41,649 nt of DNA from Octopus bimaculoides (Eukaryota). The notes under the pieces were generated by a model that had not been told where the DNA came from, searched no databases, and saw only the letters and a list, made by a program, of their open reading frames with translations. Positions 34,560-41,649 of the stretch are shown here, piece after piece (position 1 is the first letter of the stretch; each line of letters opens with the position of its first letter). The DNA lies in the NCBI RefSeq assembly GCF_001194135.2, contig NC_068983.1, forward strand, positions 14,040,772 to 14,082,420. Reading direction: 5' to 3'. Both the position numbers and the translations under genes were made by a program.

Positions 34560-35683
34560 TGGAATAGAAACACGATATGTATATTAGTAAAATATGGGCG
34601 AAATGGCTATGCACATAGTCCTTGCAAGCTTCCTTGTAGAGAGTTAGTGTGTAGTGGGAGATTAAATATTTCCTGACGGTAGAAGTTTTAAGATGAGAAC
34701 ATATGTTTGTCAGGAGAAATCTGTAATGGCTTTGAAGCCTAAGTTTTTTCAACAATCTTGAAGCTTATAGATGCGTGTATTCATGTTTAGTGAGAATGTC
34801 ATACTTTCTTGTTATGTGCTGTCTCTGTCTTTTTGTAGTTGAAGGGGATAAGATTATTATCATCCCATTGGCGGACGTTTCTGAAGTTACTGCTCATCGA
34901 ATCGTTGCAGATATCGGATGAGGTATTTAAGTTGCATGTGGCTATCGTTTGGGCGCTGAAAGTTTAGGGATAATGAAAGGTGTCATCATATCGAGGGGAT
35001 GTTAATAGGTTCCTGATTTTGGGTAAAAGAAAATGGATGAGAATCAATTAATCATGATTTTATTCAACATATTCTCCTCTCAGATTCAAACGCTTATTGC
35101 AGCGGTCCCGCAGTCTTTCTAAGCCTGTGAAAGAACTTGGAAGGTTGAGCCTCCAGCCAAGCCCTTCGCGATACCTTTAAAACCAGGAACTGTCATCATC
35201 TCTTTGCAGGAAAGGGTGCTGTTAGAGCACATAGGTAGTTGATGCATAAATGCAAGAATATAGTAGATAAAACTGAATCCTTAGCCACATCAGGGTGTTA
35301 GAATGTGGGTCCAAAGAGGTTTACCGGCATAGACTTCAATGGTGGAATCTGACAAAAAGCGTCCCATCCAGATGAAAGCACAAGATATTTTCATGCTAGA
35401 AACGATCGAAAACTTTATGTCGAAAGCAATACCAAAGTGTTCACTAAATTTTCGTGAGTGAGAGGCCACTGGGAAGTGATATAAAAAAACCCAAATCTCC
35501 TGTAGTGCTGGTTTTATGGGAAACGTACTGTGGTCGTTATGGAGAGAGAAATTTTCAAGGTGGTGGAGAATAATGTCTCCCTCACCTTTGAGTTGTAAGA
35601 AGCAAATGCAATTGGATGATACTCAGTAGGGTCAGAACAATTTCCCTCTTAAGAATGGAGCTTACTATAATGTGTAAAAAGAT

Positions 35684-35730
<47 letters not shown>

Positions 35731-36110
35731 GAAGAGAGTGCAAAAGAGGAGAAAGTGGGGAAAAGAGTTTGGTGAGAGTAGAGACTAAGTACGAGGCCTG
35801 TTGTTTGAAGTTAATGGAAAGAAATAATGTTCGACTTGTGACTTGGTGACTCTATTGGCTTAAATTGAGCAGAGGTTCCGTTACATTTGGCGAGTATGTG
35901 TGCACAATAGTCTGGTGGGATGGAAAGAGATAGTTTTAGATAAGTTTTTTTCGAATATGTGCAGTGTTGAGTTGGATTCAAGATGTTCGGCAAATGTGTA
36001 GGTTTACAGATGTATCTGGCCTAGGATTGAAGTAAAGGAAGATTCTGCATGAATCGTGTGACTAGGCGGAACCATGAGTTTTGTAGAGTTGGGACATTTC
36101 CTTGAAGAGT
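34560..36110 (-). mobile_element. Decayed CR1-group LINE RT region, interrupted by (AG)n at 35687-35726
   Basis: Minus strand ILKRGNCSDPTEYHPIAFAS.NSKV...HHLENFSL...STTGDL...IAFDI...WMGRFLSDSTI...KDSVLSTIFL matches the NYRPIAL / LDISKAFDRV / PQGSVLSP series with many lesions. Confidence 0.7.
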
Positions 36111-37336
36111 TACCATCTATGGTCTTTGTCTGAACTATTAAGGTACAACTCTTGGTGTCTTTTGGGTGGCAATATTTCGGTTCTAGTTAACTTGGAAACA
36201 ACACAAAGAAAAGATACCCCAAAAGCGTTAAGTATTCCGCAGCATACTTTTAGATGATTTATATAAAAAAAAAATTGAGTTAAGTTTTCTTTTCAATTTA
36301 ATGACATAGAACTGTATTCTCATGCCATGAATTTTGTCTTTCTGATGAGTTAAAATCATTGAAAATTAAATTCTTTCTGATGAGTAAAAATCATTGAAAA
36401 TTAAATAATACACTATAGATTAGCGGAAATTTATTGTACCGAAAAATTCAATTAATTCAGGATATATAGTATAGAATTGCAAGTATTTTGATTATTTCAA
36501 ACCAGCTCCATTAGTACTCTCACACGATTATAATACTATAGATTGAAAAGAAAATCTTATCAAGTACAGCAAATTTACAATTTTAGAAAGCTTTTTCTTT
36601 TTTAGTGAATCTCTGGATCTGATATTGCTCCAATCACTGTGAACTTAATTTTACAGTTAGGAAGAGCTTTTATATACAATATATATACATTAATTTGTCT
36701 ACATCAATGATGGAAATTTCCAAACATTTTTCTTTTAAATTGACAAAGGTATAAGTAGTGAATGTCAGTCGTTTATATTTGGTCAGGTAATTCTATTGTA
36801 AATCCATTAGGAATATGATATCTAATCTTGGTACATAACCAGACCATGGTTTACTAAAATCTATATTGCATTAACGCTAACACGGCTTTTACTTACGCTG
36901 TGATGAAACTGTATTTGTTTCAACTCAAACGCATTAGTTTTACATTTAAAACCTTTTACCATAAGGAATAGACAACTATCTTTGAAATGGTAGTCAAATA
37001 AAAATCTCACAAGCTAATATCTTCATTTACCGATTTACGATTTCGGCATATCTATACAACTACATCTGACTATGCCTGAAGCTATGTTTGATTAGGAGAG
37101 ATTCAATCAAACCTGTGACAGAATATTACTTGTACTTGTTTTATCAGCTTAATAAAGGTGGAAAGCCAAATCGATCAGTTCATACTCTGGTTTGATTCAA
37201 AATGTAAAGGAATGTAACTATATACTGTAAATAATTTAGTTCTAAATCAGACTTCTGCAATCCGTCTATACTCTCACGTAGGCATATCACGTAGACACAC
37301 TAATGTACTTGAACATCGCCGTGCTTTCTTTTTATT

Positions 37337-37399
<63 letters not shown>
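37337..37399. repeat. (TAC)n microsatellite
   Basis: Direct run. Confidence 0.97.
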
Positions 37400-38233
37400 A
37401 TATTTATGTAGTTTTACTTATTTGCTGGTTCTAAGCAATAACGTTGGTAACATTTGCACAATCAACAATGCACACAGCTTTTCTGACTGCACAAGCGACG
37501 AGGGATTGTCTACAACTTGATGCAGAATATCTATTCTAAAACACTTTTTCACTTTTGTCGCTAATATTAACGTTATGCTACGAGTTACAGTGGCAAAAGA
37601 TATACATCTACCTACATATGCAGAAACACACAGTAAAACACACAAACACACACATGCTCGGTGGATTTATACACAGCTTCCATCTAACGAGCCCGGAGTC
37701 AAGTCATTGTGGAACAAGCATTTTAACTACAAGACTGCACCTATACCTAAAATATAAGATGAATAGTCAATTACTTAATTAAAGAAACAAAAATGCGTAT
37801 TTGTTTATAAAACAAACTAATAGTTTACATGATAGGCACGAGAAAGTGGAGTATTATTTTCGCAACTCCTCTCGAACAAAAGAGTAGAAGAAAATAAGTT
37901 ATCTGATGGTCTCCATGCTACGTCTGACACCACCTTCACACAGCTTTGCTGCAATTTTCTTGCTCATGATAGGCACATGGAGATCGTTGGATGGTAGAAT
38001 GAGAACACAAGTGTAAACATATTAAGATAACAATATAACGCCGTTAATAGGAGAGTTAAAGAAGGTAAAGAAGGAGGCTGGGATAAAATAAATTGAAATA
38101 AAATAAAACAAAATGAAATACAATAAAAATTAGTTGAGCAAAATGAGATATGAGGAGGTTCATGTAAATGAAAGAAATACGGATGTTGTTTAATAAACAG
38201 ATGATGAAAGATCATATACAAATGATTGAAAAA

Positions 38234-38642
38234 TTATATATAAAATACGATGTGTGTGGTTGAAAGGCCAGAACCTGCGGTTTTCGAACGGGAGAAATCC
38301 CTTTATAGATGTATTGTGTTAAAAAAAAAAGCACGATATACTTCAGCGCTTGGAAACTGAAATCACCCTCGAAACAACATTGAGAGCGACATCGTATTTC
38401 AAAACTGTTGCGGTTTATCAGCATCACGTACTCGTGTCTCTTCCGAAATAAAACACTATTCAATAGTTTGCAAAGGCGCCGTATAAACAGAATAAATTCT
38501 GGGTTACTTCTGGGGCAATTTCGTTTCGTCTACCTCTGAAGTATATAGTATTTTTAACACAATACGTCCATAGAAAGATTTTCCCGGACGAATGCCGTAG
38601 TATCTGGCGTTTTACCAACACACATTAAGTATGTTGTATTAA
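38234..38642. mobile_element. Old MITE or foldback element with long imperfect inverted arms
   Basis: 38251-38378 (TGTGTGTGGTTGAAAGGCCAGA...GTATTGTGTTAAAAA...ATATACTTCAG...GAAATCACCCTCGAAACAAC) aligns with the reverse complement of about 38503-38624. Confidence 0.8.
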
Positions 38643-39476
38643 TAGAGTTTTTACTATGGAACTGCTTTTATCGCGCAATTCAAATAAGTAATTTAGTTGA
38701 AACTAATAACATGAAATATATAAAGTAAACTAATGCAACAAGTAATACTCAATAGAGAAATATTGAGTATACAACTATACACACGCGCGCACGTGCAAAC
38801 ACATACATGCATGCATGTATGCAAATACATAATCATTGCAGTAGATAGGTATAAACAGGGCTTATTTAATTATTTCTCCGTAGATTGAGAAAGGAAAGAA
38901 CAGCTTTAATGTATTTTCGAGCTTTATTGGATTCTCATCAGAGGTGGCAACATCAATTTAACCAATCCCCGAGAAACAAGAAGCCAGTCTGTTTATATGC
39001 TCGACAAATCCAGTTGCCACAGAGAACTGGATCTACTAATTCGCATACCGTAATTGTTTAACACTTTATTTAATATCAACGGCCTGTCAACGAGGATGTG
39101 TTGTGTGCGTGCGTATTAATATTTGGAATTCCTAAACTTCAAACAATCGAAACAACGTTTGTAGAACCATATAAAAAAAATCTGATATGTGTGTTAAAGG
39201 TAACATGATAACTTCATAGCATTATGGTAGCTTCGGCGGAGTTCACTCTGGCAGACATCTGATCTGAAGAAGAATTTCTTTCTTCCTGCCACCACCAGCT
39301 TCGGAGCCACTGAAAAATATTATGGCTTTACTCCTACTTTTCTGATTTAGCAATTGTTTTCTTTTCTTTCAGTCTGGCACTATTTTATTTACTTCTGTTT
39401 GTCGAATCGCAAAGTTACAGAACACAACATAAAACACGTTGGTCTGTGTAAATATGAACATTCAAGTACACACACA

Positions 39477-39551
<75 letters not shown>

Positions 39552-39599
39552 AGCTAGCTTCTGCACAAGTTATCTATCAAATATTGCGTACAAAGTATC

Positions 39600-39715
39600 G
39601 GTCCATCCCAAGCTATAATAAAAGTCACTTGTCCAAAATGCCGTGCACTGAAATCAAACCCGGAATGACGTGGCTGCAAAACGTACTTCTTAACCACACC
39701 ATGCAGATATGTCTG
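39600..39715 (-). mobile_element. Degenerate SINE family B head
   Basis: Minus strand GGTGTGGTTAAGAAGTACG...CCACGTCATTCCGGGTTTGATTTCAGTGCACGGCATTTTGGACAAGTGAC. Confidence 0.65.
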
Positions 39716-40699
39716 CACAAAACGCCTACTATAAGTTTCCAATGATTTTTTTTTTATTCCTGGAAACTAATTTACACGAGTTATCGACTTACATTGCAGT
39801 TGATTAGAGTTCGCCGTTCAAAATGAGAAGACATACTGTGGTGAAGTTGTGCAGAAAAATAAATTTAATTTGAAATGACGTGATGCAACCTCCCCACTCT
39901 TTCTGTGTCGCAAACTTTAGCCTGTCATATATCACACATTGATAAAAAAATAAACAACGGTATATATCACGCCATCTAGTAAGTGAAAATGAGGCATGAG
40001 TTTCTTACTCAGGCCCCATGTCACAAATGTATATTCTATATATCACACCCTCTTGTGTGAGATAAACAAAGCATTAATTTCTCATTCGAGGCCCCATGCC
40101 ACAAATTTGTATGGAAAGGGAATCATTCCGCGCAGCGTTCATGATATTTTCAAAACACATTTGCAATGTAACTTAAGGGAATTGACTTAAAACAAAGAAC
40201 GACGATCAAGTAACAAATGCTTTATGGTCTTTACAACGCGTATGATAAATAATTGTTTGTTTGAAGACTAAGACAATTCTCTGAATTTCTATGGTCATTA
40301 GTGAACGTGGTTTTTCTTCCGAACTATTGTGCATGTGATTTAACACTAAAAGAGCGCCATAAGATTCGTGTTAAAATTACTAAGCAGCTTCTTTCGCTTT
40401 TTAAATGTCATTGTTTAGATTATTTACATTTCTGTCTATTATGTTTCAAATAGACAATGTGTGTGTTAGAAATATAATGCAATCTATCGAAAAGAAGAAG
40501 AAACTTTCCGAGAATGCGAATGACATCAGTGAATAATTTCATTTAAGATTTACTAATTACAGTGAAGGAAATTAAATCTAGTTGCTGTTTGAATAATGTG
40601 ATTTGCGATATTTTTATGTATTTAAATACATCATTACTTGGAATTAACGTTTTTTTGTCTGTCTTATTGAAGAAATTACATTCAAATAATGTTGGTGTT

Positions 40700-40900
40700 G
40701 AAATTCTATTCTTTTATCGTTTTATCGTATTCAGTCATTGGACTGCAGCCATGTTTGGGCAAAGCCTTAAAGAGTTTAGTCGAAAAAACCCATCTAAGAA
40801 TCTAGTTTTTGTAGTCTGGCACTTATAATATCGTCTCTTTCGCCGAACCGCTCGGCTACGAATATGTAAATAAGCCAACGCCGTTTGTCAAGCAGTGAGG
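40700..40900 (-). mobile_element. SINE family B 3' half, diverged
   Basis: Minus strand CTTGACAAACGGCGTTGG...GAGCGGTTCGGCGAAAGAGACG...CATGGCTGCAGTCCAATGACTGAATAC; adjacent (CA)n 40910-40983. Confidence 0.75.
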
Positions 40901-40949
40901 GGATAAGCGCGTGCACACACACACATACACACACACACACACACACACA

Positions 40950-40986
<37 letters not shown>

Positions 40987-41094
40987 AAAGCATACACGCA
41001 CATAAATATATCTATATATATGTGTGTTGGTGTGTGCGCGCGGATGTACGATGTATGTGTGTGTGTGTGTACACACACACACATATATGCACAT

Positions 41095-41440
41095 AGGCGC
41101 AGACGTGGCCGTAGACGTCACTGTGTGGTAAGAAGTCAGCTTTCCAACCACGTGGTTCTGGGTTCAGTTCCACTGCGTGGAACGTTGGGCAAGTGTCTTC
41201 TATAACCACGGGCTGACCAAACCCTCGTGAATGGATTCGGCAGACGGAAACTGAAGGAAGCTCGTCGTGTGTGTGTGTCTTTGTGCCTGTGTTTGTCTCC
41301 CCATCATCACTTCACAATCTATGTTAGTGTGTTTACGTCCCCGTAACTTAACGGTCGATTTCTTCGACTTAAACCGTTTAAGGCGGTGCTCCAACCTGGC
41401 CGAAGTCAAATGTGTGAAACAAGTAAAAATATAAAAGAAT
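41095..41440 (+). mobile_element. SINE family B, near full length
   Basis: Aligns with the 3156 and 22928 copies; short internal (GT)n. Confidence 0.9.
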
Positions 41441-41446
41441 CAAAGA

Positions 41447-41499
<53 letters not shown>

Positions 41500-41503
<4 letters not shown>

Positions 41504-41649
41504 GCTCGGGGTCTGGTTCAGTCCGGACCTCCAAATGGATAAGAACTGGGACGAGATCACCAGTAGAGTGATCAAACTCAGCCAAACATGGGCCGAGAGA
41601 AAGTTATCTCTAAAAGGCCGGGCGGAGGTGGCTAATGTGTATATCGCAT
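41500..41649 (+). mobile_element. 5'-truncated L1/Tx1-clade ORF2 fragment (post-YADD region), continuing beyond the window
   Basis: Open frame LLGVWFSPDLQMDKNWDEITSRVIKLSQTWAERKLSLKGRAEVANVYIA matches the L1/Tx1 YLG...W..R.LSL.GR...N pattern; starts directly after (TATC)n 41447-41501. Confidence 0.82.

Noticed and set aside
36336-36410. Tandem 35-bp unit containing CTGATGAG...GAAA, suggesting a dimeric hammerhead or a CRISPR-like repeat
   Set aside because: Stems I and II cannot pair, and there are only two adjacent units with no spacers; a simple tandem duplication.
39200-39309. GC-richer segment behind a minus-strand TTTTTCAG acceptor
   Set aside because: All three frames close soon afterwards, there is no strong donor, and no recognisable peptide.

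Overview
AT-rich, microsatellite-saturated animal genomic DNA with six N gaps. The SINE/LINE repertoire strongly suggests an octopod cephalopod (inference from recalled repeat families; no search was run). No intact, recognisable host protein-coding gene, rRNA, genuine tRNA or CRISPR array is supported; the long ORF-track entries are artefacts of N runs or simple repeats. The window is a transposable-element graveyard: three tRNA-headed SINE families (labelled A, B, C), a fourth short family (D, at least 7 copies) with no tRNA head and a 5' segment that folds like an HDV-type ribozyme, relics of Penelope-like, CR1-like, RTE, R4/Dong and L1/Tx1-like retrotransposons, a near-complete decayed DD37D (maT) transposon, a probable non-autonomous Helitron/Helentron and a MITE. 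The best candidates for new biology are the ribozyme-headed family D and the strand-specific stacking of R4/Dong 3' ends and one SINE-A tail variant in (AAT)n/(TAC)n tracts. A few splice-flanked segments may be exons of a host transcript but are weakly supported. Element boundaries were read by eye and are approximate.
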